Shown here: positions 1-13,690 of the stretch, piece after piece | Position numbering within the stretch: position 1 is the stretch's first letter | Layout of the letters: the number at the start of each line of letters is the position of its first letter | Assembly (NCBI RefSeq): GCF_963921235.1 | Contig: NC_086120.1 | Location: forward strand, 8,246,001 to 8,310,000 | DNA: 64,000 nucleotides | Origin: Mobula hypostoma | Taxonomy: Eukaryota | Direction of reading: 5' to 3' | Position numbers and translations under genes: made by a program | The notes under the pieces: generated by a model | The model's database searches: none | What the model was told of the DNA's origin: nothing | Seen by the model: the letters and a program-made list of their open reading frames with translations, nothing else

Positions 1-2390
1 TGCTTTTCCTTCTGTGGGCAAGCCAGTTCTGGATACAAAACGCAATGCCCCCTCGGATCCATGCCTCCTTACTTTCTCAATAAGCCATGCACCTTATCAA
101 ATCCTTGCTGAAATCCATATACACTACATCTACTGCTCTTCCTTAATCAATGTGTTTAGTCACATCCTCAAAAAATGCAATCAGGCTCGTAAGGCACGAC
201 CTGCCTTTGACAAAGCCGTGCTGACTATTCCTCATCATATTATACCTCTGCAAATGTTCACAAAACCTGCCTCTCAGGATCTTCTCCATCAAATTACCAA
301 CCACTGAATTAAGACTCACTCATCTATAATTTCCTGGGCTAACTCTACTCCCTTTATTGAATAAAGGAACATCATCCGCAATCCTCCAATCCTCCAGAAC
401 CTCTCCCATCCCCATTGATGATTCAAAGATCATTGCCAGAGGCTCAGCAATCTCCACCTTCACCTTCCACAGTAGCCTGGCGTACACCTCATCCGGTCCG
501 GTGACTTATCCAAATTGATGCTTTCCAAAAGCTCCAGTACAACTTTTTTCTGAATGTCGACATGCTCAAGTTTTTCAGTCTGCTGCAACTCATCACTACA
601 ATCACCAAGATTCTTTTCCATAGTGAATACTGAAGCAACATATTCATTAAGTACCTCTGCTATTTCCTCCGGTTCCATAAAGACTTTCCCACTGTCACAC
701 TTGACAGGTCCTATACTTTCACGTCTTATCCTCTTGCTCTTCACATATTTGTAGAATGCCTTGGAGTTTTCCTTAATTTTGCCTGCCAAAACGTTCTCAT
801 GGTCTGTTCTGGCTCTCCTAATTTCCTTTACATTAGATTATGAAAACACGGAGTCTTCTTTTATTGTCATTTAGTAATGCTTGCATTAAGAAATGATACA
901 CTACTTCCTCTGATGTGATATCACAAAACACAGGACAAACCAAGACTGAAGAAAAATAAAAAACCCAATAATTATAACATATAGTTACAACAGTGCAACA
1001 CTACCATAACTTGCTGAAGAACAGTCCATGGCACAGTAAAAAGTTCAAAGTCTCTCAAATGTCCCACATCTCATGCAGATGGGAGAAGGAAGAAAACTCT
1101 CCCTGCTATGCCCGACCACAGTCCGACTCAGAGTCATCCGAAAACTTCGAGCCTCCGATCAGCCCTCTGACACCGAGTACTGAGCACCATCTCTATCCGA
1201 GTGATTCGACCTCAATCTCGGTCGCCAGCAGCAGGCAAAGCCGGGGATTTTGGGGCCTTCCCTCCGGAAGATTTCTCGATCACGCAGTAACGACGGCAGT
1301 GAACTGGCGTTTCAGAAATTTCTCCAGATGTTCCTCTGTGCTTTCACGTCTGTCTCCATCAAATCATAATTGTCCACGGCCCCTATTTAACGGATACTAC
1401 ATAATTTTTCAGCGGAGGGCTGCGCGCACGCGGCGCACCGCACTCTCTCCTCCCGCCATAAATAAATTTGCTTTATAAGCTCCCTCCTGTTGGCCTTATA
1501 ATCTTCTAGATCTCTAACATTACCTCACTCTCTGAACCTTTTATAAGATTTTCTTTTCTTCTTGACTAGATTTATTACAGCCTTTGTACACCACGGTTCC
1601 TGTACCTTACCATTACTTCTCTGTCTCATTGGAACATACCTGTGCAGAACTCCACACAAATATCCCCTGAACATTTGCCACATTTCTTCCGTACTTTTCC
1701 CTGAGACCATCAGTTCCCAATTTAAACTTCAAATTTCCTGCCTGATAGCCTCATACTTCCCTTTATTCCAATTAAATGCTTTTCTAACTTGTTTGTTTCT
1801 ATCTCTCTCCAATGTTCTTGTAAAGGAGCTGGAATTATGATCACTATCTCCAAAATGCTCTCACAGAGAGAACTGACACCTGACCAGGTTCATTTGCCAA
1901 TAGCAAATCAAATACAGCCTCTCCTCTTATAGGCTTATCTACATATTGTGTCAAGAAACCTTCCTCAATACACCTAACAAACTCCACCCCAGCTAAACCC
2001 TTGGCTCTACAGAGATGCTAATCGATATTTGGGAAGTTAAAATCTCCCATCACAACAACTCTGTTATTATTACACCTTTCCAGGAGACGTTTCCCTACCT
2101 GCTGCTCAATATCCCGGTTACTACTGGGCAGACTATAAAAAAAGACCCAGTAAATTTATTGACCCATTCCTGTTCCTAACCCCCACCCACAGAGACTCCA
2201 CAGACAATCCCTCCATGATGTCCACCTTTTCTGCAGCCGTGAAATGATCTCTGCTCAACAGTGCCACGCCCCCACCTCTTTTGCCTCCCTCCCTGCCCTT
2301 TCTGAAACATCTAAAACCCAGCACTTGAAGTAATCATTTCTGTCCCTGAGCCATCCAAGTCTCTGTAATGGCCACCACATCATTGCTCAT
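1..2390 (-). mobile_element. CR1-clade LINE, decayed ORF2 fragment (endonuclease to start of RT), interrupted at about 832-1458
   Basis: Minus ORFs 460-789 (KIKENSKAFYKYVKSKR...VLNEYVASVFT), 1525-1710 and 2133-2324 (FRKGREGGKRGGGVALL) are typical CR1 ORF2 segments in colinear order, with frameshifts. Confidence 0.9.
832..1458 (-). mobile_element. Non-autonomous retroposon-like insertion inside the CR1
   Basis: CR1 homology breaks at about 832 and resumes at about 1470. The insert has a short ATTAG-type tail at its left end and a GC-rich head (GCGCGCACGCGGCGCACC) at its right end. No clear TSD. Confidence 0.55.
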
Positions 2391-2391
2391 C

Positions 2392-3700
2392 ATAGATGTG
2401 ACATAGGATTAGAAGACGTTGAATCCTTGTGGGATGAGTTAAGAAACTGCAATGGTAAAAGCAGCCTGTTGGTAGTTATACACAGGCTTCCGAACAGTAG
2501 ATGGGATGTGGACTACAGATTACAACAGGAAGTAGTAAAGGCGTATTGAAAAGTCAATGTTTTGAAATTCATTGCAGACTTGAACAGGACAATTGAGAAA
2601 AAGAGGTTGGTAATGGATATCAAGAGAGTGAGTTGCTGAATGCCTATGAGATGGCTTTTTAGGGCAGTGTGTCGTTGATCCTTCTTGGGGATCAGCTATA
2701 CTGGGTTGGGTGTTACGCAGTAAACCAAAAGCAATAAGGGAGCTAAGGGTAAAAGAAACTTAGCAGGCAGTGATCACAGTATGATTGAGTTCAACTTGGA
2801 AGTTGATAGGGATAAACTAAAGTCTGACATAGCAATATTTCAGTGGAAGAAAGGAAATTACAGTGTATAAGAGAGGAATTGGCTGAATTAAATTGGAAGG
2901 AGCTGCTGGCTGGGTGACAGGAGAGCAGCAATAGTTGGGTTTCTAGGAAGAATGAGGAAGGTGAAGTATAGATGTATTCCAAAAGCAAAGAAATACTCAA
3001 ATGGCAAAATGGTACCAGCATAGCAGACAAAGGAAGTCGAAGTTAATGTAAGATCAAAAGAGAGGCCATGCAACAAAATAAAAATTACTGGTAAGACGGA
3101 GGGTTGGGAAGCTTTTAAAAACCTACAAAGAGCAACAAAAAGGAGAGAAAGATGAAATATGAAATCAAGCAAGCAACCAATATCAAAGTGGATAGTGAAA
3201 GCTTTTTTCATGTATGTAAAAAATAAAAGGGAGTTGATAATGGATATAGGACCATCAGAAAATGAGGCTGGAGTAATAATGCGGGACAAGAAGATAGCAG
3301 ACAAACTAAATCAGTATTTTGCATGAGTCCTCACTGTGCCAGCTGTTGAAGGGTGTGAGGGAAGAGAAGTGAGATCAGTTACTCTTATATGGGAGAAGCT
3401 GGGACCTGATGAACTGTACACTAGGGTTCTGTTAAAGGTTGTGATAGAGATTGTGAAGGCATTAGTAATGATCCTTCAAAAATCACTGGACCCAGAGGAC
3501 TAGAAAATTGTAAATGTCATCCCACTCTTTAAGGAAGGAGGAAGGCAACGGAAAGGAAATTATAGACCAGTTAGCCTGACCTTAGTGTTTGGAAAGATGT
3601 TGGAGTCTATTTTTAAGAATGAGGTTATGGAATACTTGGTGACACAGGACAAGATAGGACAAAGTCAGCATGGTTTCCTTGAAGTAAAATCTTGCCTGAC
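2392..3700 (+). mobile_element. CR1-clade LINE ORF2 fragment (endonuclease to RT N-terminus)
   Basis: Plus-strand translation gives CR1 motifs with stops and frameshifts: ..GSDHSMIEF.., ..NYRPVSLT.., ..SQHGF...KSCLT. Confidence 0.85.
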
Positions 3701-4257
3701 GACAATACACCAGATACAATTAAATGAATTACAGTTTATAGATATTTTGGGAACTATATAATTAATAGAGATAAAATATAAAAGGAAAATAAAAGGCACC
3801 ACACTTATCAAAGTTCTGTCTCTTCATGCACAAACAGTTGGTGCTTAGGACCCTCCTTCTTCACCTTGCGTCTCCCCTCGGACCACCTCGACCTGCCACC
3901 TGGGACCAACAACGATGGTCGACCAGATGCTCCACACGAGTCCATCTCCGTCTCGTCTCCTCGCTGAACACCCTGGACCTCGGACTCCTGTTTGGAGTCC
4001 GATACCATTAGCTGACTCACAGGACCTTGTCCATCCTCCCTGTCTCTCTCTCGCGCCTTCTTCCCAAAAGCCCACGCATCACAATAACTTACAGACACAC
4101 AAAAAGAATAACATCCATCCCAATTGGTTTGTTCATCCTCTTATCAATAACATAATCCAAACAAACTACTAGCGGGAGGACTTTCTCAGCAGTTAACATA
4201 ACAAAGAAGCCACTTTAATTAGCCTACGCAGTAACATAAAAAAAGAAACCCCTTACA
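3700..4257 (-). mobile_element. Solo-LTR-like sequence
   Basis: On the minus strand it begins TGTAAGGGG (4257) and ends near ...GTCGTCA (about 3697-3700). It is non-coding, about 560 bp, and flanked on both sides by CR1. No matching TSD. Confidence 0.45.
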
Positions 4258-4430
4258 TATTTAAGAATCAGATAGGTTTTTACATAGTAGAGGAATTAAG
4301 GGTTATGAGGAAAAGGCAGTCAGATAGAGCTGAGCTTACGCACAGATCAGCCATAAACTTATTGAATGGCAGGGTAGGCTCGATGGGCCGCATGGCCTAC
4401 TCCTGCTCCTTTTTCTTATGTTCTTATGTA
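4258..4430 (+). mobile_element. CR1 3' end
   Basis: Conserved CR1 3' UTR (GATCAGCCAT...TTGAATGGC...GGCCTACTCCTGCTCC) followed by a (TTCTTATG)n tail. Confidence 0.85.
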
Positions 4431-4516
4431 GATCATAAGAAGTTCTCAGACTAAAAGCAGATGGAAGACCATGATGGTCTACGTCATATGACACAGCACA
4501 TAATGATGATGATGAC
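4431..4516 (+). mobile_element. Short RTE-like 3' tail
   Basis: Ends in (GAT)n after ATGGAAGACCATGATGGTC, which resembles RTE 3' ends. Confidence 0.4.
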
Positions 4517-5309
4517 ACCAGAGAGAAATGGACATTGCAATTATTACTGATGTACTAATGCCATCTGACTATCGTATACCAACTTGCTATGAACAAACAA
4601 TAGAAAATTGAGACCCTTATTTTCTACTCATTTTCATAATTTATTTGAGATTGTTAGATACCTTATATACAAAGTGGACACTGAAAGGCAATTGAATTCC
4701 TTTCAATGCAGAAAGGTGATTGTTTGAGGAAAGGATGCAGTGAACTGGTCCTTCACCAATCAGTTTACAGTAATATAAATGAGCTTGGACTATGCTATGA
4801 ATGGAAGTGGAGAGTTATCTAATGCAGTGCAAAAGAATTGGACATTTTTAGCCATGTTAACATGGGGGAAAGAAACCATTTATGTAATCCAATTTTAAAT
4901 GTAAAAATTGCCTCATCATTTAAAAAAGTAGCTTTGGCACAGTTCAGATCTGCAACCACCTGGGTGAGAAAATAACAAACATCTGCTGTCCCAGGAGGAA
5001 ATGAAGTGTTATTTTAAGGAGAGGGATGGCCCAGAGCTGAGTCAAGATGATTACACCTGCTTTTTATACCACACTACCCAAATATCATAGTTTCAGTACT
5101 AGCTGATTTTACTTTAAATGTCTGTCAGATACTTGATTGTTTAAAGGAACATTATTTCATGTGTTCTTCTGTTATGGCAGTCAGAACACGAATTGTCTCA
5201 CAAATTGTGCCCTTTTTAGTTTTCTGAGTTAGCTAACCTTACAGAATTTTCATTGAATACTGAGAGTAGGAAATGTTAATTAAGTCTGATGGTTTAACTG
5301 GGTGACAGT

Positions 5310-5910
5310 AAATTCAGCTCCCTCTTCACCGACCTGAATACTCTACATTTACTGAATATTCTCCACTTCAGTTGCGACAAATCTCAGGAATTTTAACATC
5401 ATCCTTGACGCAACAGCCATCTTGATTATTACCATCTGGAATAATTCCTCTAAGTACTTACTCCCTCCACAACCACCTCACTACGGCTGCACAGTGGAAT
5501 ATCTTCAAAATGCAGTTTAGTTATTTACACACCTCCTCCAACTTCCCCTCCCTAACCACCACTCAATCACTAAAGCAGGGATTACAAACTTGGCTTCCAC
5601 AGACCTCTCACTTAATGGTCGGGGTCCTTGAAATACTGTAAAAACAAAGGTGTGACAAGTGTGGAAGATTCAGAGGAACACGAACAACTGTTGGTTCCCC
5701 TCCAACTGGCAAACCATCTAGACCTGAAAATGTATCGCTCATCCTTCATCCAAGTTCAGGAACATCCTCCCTGATATCACTGTGGGAGACCTTCCCCAGA
5801 CGGACAGCAACAATACAAGACCACAATTCACCATCCCTCCATCAAGGGATGAGTAAATGATATTGGGCCTTCCAGCGATGCCCAGATGCCTGAAATTAAG
5901 TTTAAAGAAT
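5310..5910 (+). mobile_element. Old HER1-like (CR1-clade) LINE 3' fragment
   Basis: Degraded similarity to the shark HER1/HE1 3' end (ACTCCCTCCAC...CACTGTGGG...GGGATGAGTAAAT...CCAGCGATGCCCAGAT), from recall. Confidence 0.5.
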
Positions 5911-6194
5911 GAGCAAACATACTGAGATTTGTTTTGAACATTTACTGAATCACGTTTTAATTTGTTTACTAAGTTTATCTCATATAAGGAATATATTGGC
6001 AGACTGACTTGTACATATTGTACATATTTTTACATAGAACATGAGAGCACAATACAGCATAAAAGCAAAAGAGAGGGCAAATGAGATTGCAAAATTTCGT
6101 GGGAAATTGAAAGACCTGGATTTGGTGATGGAATTCAATAAAAAGTAAATTACAAAAAAAAAAAATCACCAGCAGGCAATTAAAAAAAAAACTT

Positions 6195-7270
6195 AAAAAG
6201 TTCAAAGTACATTTATGGTCAAATGGTCAAAGTATGTAAACATTCTACAAACTTAAAATGTGTCTCCATAGAGTCAGCCACAGAGCAAGAAACCCAAAAG
6301 GACCCAGTGAAAAAATGGAACAAACACTCAACATTCAGAGAGAGAAAGATAAAAAGAAACTGTGCAAACAATTAAAGCAAGCAAACAGCATTCAGAACAA
6401 AAGTGAGTCCACAGACACAAAGCCCACAGCCTCACACTCAGTTCATTACACACCAGAGCAAAACATTGCAGAACCCGCAGACACGAAAGCTGGAGCAGCT
6501 GTAGCAGGCCCACAGCCTCAGCCTCGGAGCAGCAATCAGAACAGACCCGACCCATACCTCCAGTTTGATGATGAAATCATCCAAATATCAGGGCATTCCT
6601 CGCTCTCGGACCCAAGCCCTGTCACATCAAATCTCTTTGGGTCTGGACAATCAGCTCTATTGTCTTACAAACACTGAGGTCAAGGTGGTTACTGTGACAT
6701 TACTCATCTAGCTGGTATATCTCATTCTTGTACACCCTCTCGTCTCCGTCTGAGATTCTGCCAGCAATGGTTGTATTATCAGCAAGTGTATAGATGGCAG
6801 TTGAGCTATGCCGAGCCACACAGTCTGTGAGTCTAGAGAGAGCAGAGCAGTAGATTAAGCATATATCCCTGAGGTGTGCCAGAGCTGATTGTCAATGAGG
6901 AGAAGATGTAATTACCAATCTGCACAGGTTGTGGTTTTCCAGTTAGAAAGTCAAGGATCCAATTGCAGAGAGAGATACGTAGTCCCAGGTTCTGTAGCTT
7001 TACGATGAGGACAGTTGGAATTATAGTGCTAAACACTGAGCTATGGTGAATGAACAGCATCCTGACATCGGTGCTTGTATAGTCTAGATGATCTGAGGAG
7101 CAAAACATTACAGAGCCCGCAGACTTGAAGGATGGAGCTGCTGTAGAAGGCCCACAGCCTCAGGCTTGCCGTGGCAATCAGAACAGCCCGCTGGGCCAGG
7201 AACTCCCTGCCACATTCTGGCCTGTGCTCAACCTTTCCAAATTGGAAATCATTTACCATAACTTTTACAG
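6195..7270 (-). mobile_element. Rex1/Babar RT fragment (about 6720-7100) plus associated non-autonomous pieces
   Basis: ORF 6833-7108 has [25 protein letters not shown]....TISSGTPQG, a Rex1-type RT. A roughly 60-bp segment (GCTGTAG.AGGCCCACAGCCTCAG...CAATCAGAACAG) occurs twice, at about 6490 and about 7135. Confidence 0.7.
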
Positions 7271-7516
7271 ATAATTCTTGCTTTCAGAACCATCAGTGAA
7301 GCAAGAGTGCACAGCCATAAGAACATAAGGCCATAAGATGTAGCAGCATCACTATGGCTGATCATTTATGGAATCATGCATGGTGATTCCGAAGTTACTT
7401 TGCACCTTGGATGTTTGAATATTCTCTTTTATAAAATAGTCTGTGCTTTTATTCCTTCTACCAAAGTGCATGACCGTACAATTACTGATACTATATTCTA
7501 TCTGCCACTACTATGT

Positions 7517-8220
7517 CACAAGATCACACAAGACATAGGAGCAGAAGTAGGCCATTCGGCCCATTGAGTCTGCTCCGCAGCTCCCCCATGAGCTAAACTA
7601 TTCACCCATCTAGTTCCAATTTCCGGATTTTTTCCCCATATCCCTTGATACCCTGACTAATTAGATACCTGTCAATCTCCCCCTTAAACACCCTCAATGA
7701 TCGGGCCTCCAAAGCTGTATGTGGCAACGAATTCCACAAATCCACGACCCTCTGGCTAAAAAAAATTTCTCCTCATCTTGGTTTTAATTGGGTACCCTCT
7801 AATTCTAATACTATGGCCTCTTGTCCCGGACTCACCCACCAAGGGAAACAACCTTTCCACATCTACTCTGTCCAACCCTTTCAACATTCGAAATGTTTCT
7901 ATGAGATCGTCTCTCATTCTTCTATACCCTAATGAATACCATCCAAGAGCCGACAAACGCTCCTCATATGTTAGCCCCTGCATTCCAGGAATCATCCTCG
8001 TAAATCTTCTCTGAACTCTCTCCAACATCAGTACATCCTTTCTAAGATAGGGGGCGCAAAACTGCACACAGTCTTCCAAATGAGGTCTCACTAATGCCCC
8101 ATAGAGCCTCATCAACACCTCCTTGCTCTTATACACTATTCCTCTTGAAATGAATGCCAACATAACATTCGCTTTCCTTACCGCCGATCCAACTTGGTGG
8201 TTAACCTTTAGGGTGTCCAT
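7517..8220 (-). mobile_element. Young 5'-truncated CR1 (RT C-terminus and 3' UTR)
   Basis: ORF 7756-8220 (KANVMLAFISRG...LVRPHLE.CVQF.APYLRKD) is uninterrupted. It is the same subfamily as 52253-52935. Confidence 0.92.
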
Positions 8221-10600
8221 TCTCCGAATCTGTTTCAGTCCTTCTGCAGCCTCCCTGCTTCATCAACAATACCTGATCCTCCTCCAATCTTCATATTGTC
8301 CACAGACTTGGGCACAAGCCATCAATTCCATCAATCAAATCATTGACATTCAGCGTGAAAAGAAGCAGTTCCAACACTGACTCCTGTGGAACACCACTAG
8401 TCATTGGCAGCCAATCAGAACAGGTTTCTTTTATTCCCACTCTTTGCCAGTGCTGTATCAATGCCAGTGTCTTACCATGGGCTCTTAGCTTGTTGAGCAG
8501 CCTCATGTCACCATGTGTGGCATCGTAAATGAGGTCTTCTGAAAATCCAAGCACACAACATCCACCAATTCTCTTTTGTCTTTCCTGATTTTATTTCTTC
8601 AAACAGTTTTGTGTGGCAAAATTTTCCCCTTAGGAAATCATGATGACTTTGACCTATTTTAACATGTGCCTCCAAGTACCTGAATCTACATCCAATCAAC
8701 TCCAGTCATCATCCCAACCACTGAGGTTAGGCTAACTGGTTTGTAATTTCCTTTCTATTGCCTCCCTCCATTCTGGAAGAGTGGAGTAACATTTGCAATT
8801 TTCCTGTCCTGAAGAACCATGCCAAAATCGATTGATTCATGAAAAATCATTACTAATGCCATTCCAATGTATTCTTTTATGTCTTCAGGACACTGGGGTT
8901 TAGTCCAACTAGCGTAGGTGACTTACCTACTTTCAGACCTTTCAGTTTGAGAAGCTTCTTCTACCTATTAACAACATCTGCACTCACTTCTACCCCTGAC
9001 ATTCTCAAATTTCTCAGATACTATTCGTGTCTTCCACAGTGAAGAATGATACAAAATACTTATTTAGTTTACCTACCATTTCCTTGTCTCCCCCCATTAC
9101 TATTTTTCCAACATCATTTTCCAGCAGTCCAATATCTACTCTAGCCACCCTTTCACTCTTCACATATCTGAAAAAAAATCATTTGGTATCCTCTTCAATA
9201 TTATTGCAGAGCCTACCTTCAGATTTCATCCCCCCCCCCCCGCCACCTCATAGTTCATTAAGTTGTCATCTGTTGTTTTTTTTTAAGTTTAAAAATCCTC
9301 TCTCTTCCCACTGAATTCTGCTCAATCATATAGCATTACTGTAGCTTTTATGTTAGCTTTGACTTCCTTTATCAGCCACAGCTGTATCACCATGCCTTTA
9401 GAATACCTCTTCTTCTTTGAGATGTGTCTACTCTGTGCCTTTCTAATTGGTCCCAGAAACTTCAGACATTGATGCTCTGCGATCATCCTTGCTAGAGACC
9501 CTTCCTGATTAACTTGGGCCAGCTCCTCTCTCGTGCAATTACTGTACTGTAATACTGATACATTTGACTTCAACTACTGCCTGTCAAATTTCAGGGTGAA
9601 TTTTATCATATTATGATAACTGCTCCTAAGGGTTCTTTAACCTTAGCTCTCTAATGAAATCTAGTGTATTACACACCACCCAACGGAGAATAGCTGATGC
9701 CCTGGTGGGCTCAACCAAAAGCTGTTGCAAAAAGCCATTTTGTAGGCATCCTTCACTCTCTCTCTTAGGATCCAGTAACAAACTAATTGTCCCAATTTAC
9801 CTGCTTATTGAAATCCTCCTTGACTATTCCAACATTGGCTTTTGACATCCCTTTGCTATTTTATGTTCTCGTTGTAACTCACGTCTTGCTATTACTTGGA
9901 GACCTGTGTATAAGTCCAATCATGATCTTTTTACCCTTGCTGTTTCTTAACTCAACCCACAAGTATTCTACCTCTTCCAATTCTGTGTCACCTTAAGGAT
10001 TTGATTATATATTTTGCCAAAAGATCCATGCCACTCCCTTGGCTTATCTGCCTCTCCCTTCTATACAATGAGTACCTTTGAATGCGAAGCTCCCAAGTAT
10101 AAACTTCTTTCAGCCATGACTTAGTGATGCCCACAATGTCATATCTGCCCGCTTCTAATAATGACTCTACAAGCTCATCTACCTTATTCCGTATTCTGCC
10201 TGAATTCATATGTAACAGCTTCAGTCCTGTTTTTTATTTGTCTTCCTTTTACACTACAACTGATCCCACTCACTGCAGTCTTGCACTTTCACCTGCCTCT
10301 CCTTCCTGACAGTCTCACTACACACTGCCTCTGTTCGTAAACCAATAGTCCAATTCTTAACCCTATCACTGTGGTTCCCATACCCCTGTCACATGAGCTT
10401 AAACCCACCCCAATCTACCAAACCTGTCTGGAAGGATATTTGTCTGCCTTGGGTTTAAATGTAACCCGTCCGCTATGTACAGTTCATACAGTACATTCCC
10501 ACGAAGAGATCCCAATGGTCCAGAAATCCAAAACCTTCCCCCCTGCAACTAAACCTGTAACTAAGCAATCCTCTATCACTACTGCAGTCCTCTTCCCCCC
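8221..10600 (-). mobile_element. Decayed CR1 ORF2 (endonuclease and RT)
   Basis: Successive minus ORFs with SGVPQESVLELLLFTL.VNDL, ..RIRNKVDEL...YDIVGIT.SWL. Confidence 0.85.
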
Positions 10601-10624
10601 CCACCCCCACCCCTTTGCTGTTGG

Positions 10625-11105
10625 AACAATTTCATTTCACATGAAATGTCAATGATTTGGGTGATGCAAATGATGGCTATAAGCTCACGTTTGTGGACAA
10701 TATGAAGATAGTGTTAATGAAGCATGGAGTCTACAAAGAACAGCCAGATTGGGAGACTGGGCATAAAAGTGGCAGATGGAATACAGTTTCAGGACGTGTA
10801 TGGTCATGCACTTTGGCAGAAGCAGTAAAGGAGGAGACTATTTTTTAAATGAGGAGGCTATTCAAAAATCAGAGGTGCAAAGGGACTTGGAAGTCCTCCT
10901 GCAGGGTTCTGTAAAGATGAACTTCCAGGTTGAGTCAGTTATAAGTAAGATAAAAGCAATCGTAGCATTTATTTTGAGAGGACTAGAATGCAAACAAAAG
11001 GATGTAATGCTGAGTCTTTCTGAGGCATTTGTCAGATCACATTTGAGCATTGTGAGCAGCCGTGGGTCCCTTTTTTAAGAAAAGATGTGCTATTATCAGA
11101 GAGGG
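10625..11105 (+). mobile_element. CR1 RT C-terminal fragment
   Basis: ORF 10776-11078: C.VMHFGRSSK...VQRDL.VL...AFI.RGLE.K.KDVML.L. Confidence 0.85.
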
Positions 11106-11554
11106 TCGACAGTTGTAGGAGCCATGTATCTATTTTTTGTCTGTCTGTATTGTATTTGTGATGTGCATTCTCACTCTGGATTAATATACCTTATCACATG
11201 TATTTGGATGGCAGTAGAAATAAATGAACAAATGCACCTGTTCTCCACATGACAGCAGAGCGAGAGGGTGAGTAGGGAATGCACATTATTTGTTGACCAC
11301 TCATATAGTATTATTTGATCTATTTACACTCATCTCACTTGTCTGTGTTTGAATTTGATATAACTACACTTATCTCCTTCATCAATGTTTTAGATAAATT
11401 AAAGAAGAGTCAAATAATTCTATTTGTGGTTTGTAATAAGGGATTAAACCTACTGTTTCTGACTTGGAATGCAATTAGTTGGTAACGTGTTACACAGTAC
11501 GATACTCCCTCATGTAGCATCTCAGCAACTTTTAGTTTATTTTCAAGTAGTTGT

Positions 11555-11955
11555 GACAATGAGTGATTCCAGGAATGAAAGGGTTAACATTTAAGGAGTG
11601 TTTGATGGCTCTGAACCTGTACTCAATGCAGTTTTGAACAAGGGTTGGTGATCTCATTGAAATCTGTTGAATATTCAGAGGACGAGACAGAGTGGATGGA
11701 TTGAGGATGTTTCCTATAGTGGAGGAGTCCAGAACCAGAGGACGTAGAGTCAGAATAAAGTGACATCGATTTAGAACAGAGATGAGGAAGAATTTGTTTA
11801 GCCAGATGTTGATGAATCTGTGGAATTCATTCCCACAGTTTGCTGTGGAGGACCAGTCATTGGGTAAAATTAAAGCACAGATTGACAGTTTCTTGATTAG
11901 TCAAAGCACAGAAGGTTAAAGAGTTAATTCTGCTCCAAAGTCTTATGGTCTTATT
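11555..11955 (+). mobile_element. CR1 3' end
   Basis: C-terminal motif region (GTGAATCTGTGGAATTCATT) and a CTTATGGTCTTA tail. Confidence 0.8.
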
Positions 11956-12760
11956 TCAGCCCACAATGTTCTGCAAGCCTATCAAATTAATCTAATAATA
12001 ATCTGACTGTTCTCTCCTACAATGCTGTATATTTTTCTACCATCCATGTGCCTATCCAAGAGTTTTGTAAATGCCCCTAATGTATGTATCCAGCTTTACC
12101 AAGTACCATGGGCAAGGCATTGCAAGCACCCACCGCCCTCCATGTAAAATTTGACCTTCTAAAATCAATCACCTCACATTTTCAGGATTCAACTCCATCT
12201 GTCACTTCTCAGCCCAGCTCTGCAACCTGTCAATGTCCCATTGTCAAATACAACACACCTCCATTCTCTCCACAACTTCACTCAACTTTTCATCATCTGC
12301 AAACTTACTAGCCCACCCTTTCACTTGTTGATCCAAGTCATTTATGATAATCACAAAGAATAAGGAACCTGGAATAGATCCCTGTGGAACACCATGGTCA
12401 CCTACACTCAGGCAGAAAATTCTCCATCTATAACCTCTTCCTGCCTTACATGGGCAAGGCAATTCTATATGCACACAGCCAGATTTCCTTAGATCCCATG
12501 CCTTCTGACTTTTTGATATGGAGTGTCTTATTAAATGCTTTACCAATCTCCATATATATATTAACTAAAATCCTTATACAGTGCATCCATTGCTCTCTCT
12601 TCAACAATATGCTTTGTCACATCCTGAAAGAATTCATCTGGGCTCATAAGACGTGACTTGACCATCTCAAAGCCATGCATTAGGGTTCAGACTATGCTTC
12701 TCCAAATACTGTCTTAAATGGTCATAAATATCTCTGAGAATCTGACTGACTGGCACTGAA
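11956..12760 (-). mobile_element. CR1 RT fragments
   Basis: ORF 12244-12546: GVPQGSIPGSLFFVIIINDLD..V.GWASKFADD. Confidence 0.85.
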
Positions 12761-13379
12761 AATATACCAATATACACTGAGGTGCAGAAGTGCAGACAGT
12801 AAAACTGTTTTAATGACACCCAAATCAAAATAAATAGCTTTACTATTCTGAAAACTTTATGAATACTCATTGACAACTACAGTTTTTAGTTCAGTCAACT
12901 TAAAACTTTCCTTTGGAATATAAACTCTGAATGGCTGACACGAGCATTGAAGAACATCTTTTAGTCAATGTTACATGTTAAATTTAATTTCAGTGATTTA
13001 TAGCCGATTAATCATTTATCCATTTTGTTGTGATCAAAGAACTTTTTAAATCTGGATAACCCATTAGAAGTACAAAACAAACATGATAGCCTGTTGGGAA
13101 TCAATGTTTCTTAAAAAGTAAGAGAGTATCTGAGGTGTTCAAAACTTTATCCCAAAGCAGCAATTCGGAATTAAGGTCATTTAATAAGTATAAATATCAT
13201 ACCTGTAATTAGACCCATGATTTGTAATTTAAATCAACCATAATTGAAAAGGTTTTGAAAAAAATCAGGTAATTAATTCTTTCTAATTTAATTCAGAAAA
13301 TAAACAAAGCAAACAATATAGCTAGAATAAAAAAACTTGTGTTTAAACTACAGAAAACAAAATCCCTGCAGAGTCATTT

Positions 13380-13690
13380 TCAATGACTAGATAGGCGTAG
13401 GATGTGGGAAAGGTGTTTCCTACAGCTGGGGAGTCTCGGACCAGAGAATGTGGTGTCGGAATACCAGGCTGACCCATTAGAACAGACATGAGGAGAGAAT
13501 TCTTCAGCCAGAGGTTGGTGAATCTGTGGAATCAAGTGATTGGGTTTATTTAAAATGGTGGTTCATAGGTTCTTGATTTGTAAGGTCATAAAGGATATGG
13601 GAAGAAGACGGGAGCATGGCGTTCAGCGAGATAGTAAATCAGTCATAATGGATTGGCTTTATTCTGCTCCTATGTCTTATTGTTTTATAG
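13380..13690 (+). mobile_element. CR1 3' end
   Basis: GTGGTGAATCTGTGGAA motif, 3' UTR and a CCTATGTCTTAT tail. Confidence 0.75.
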
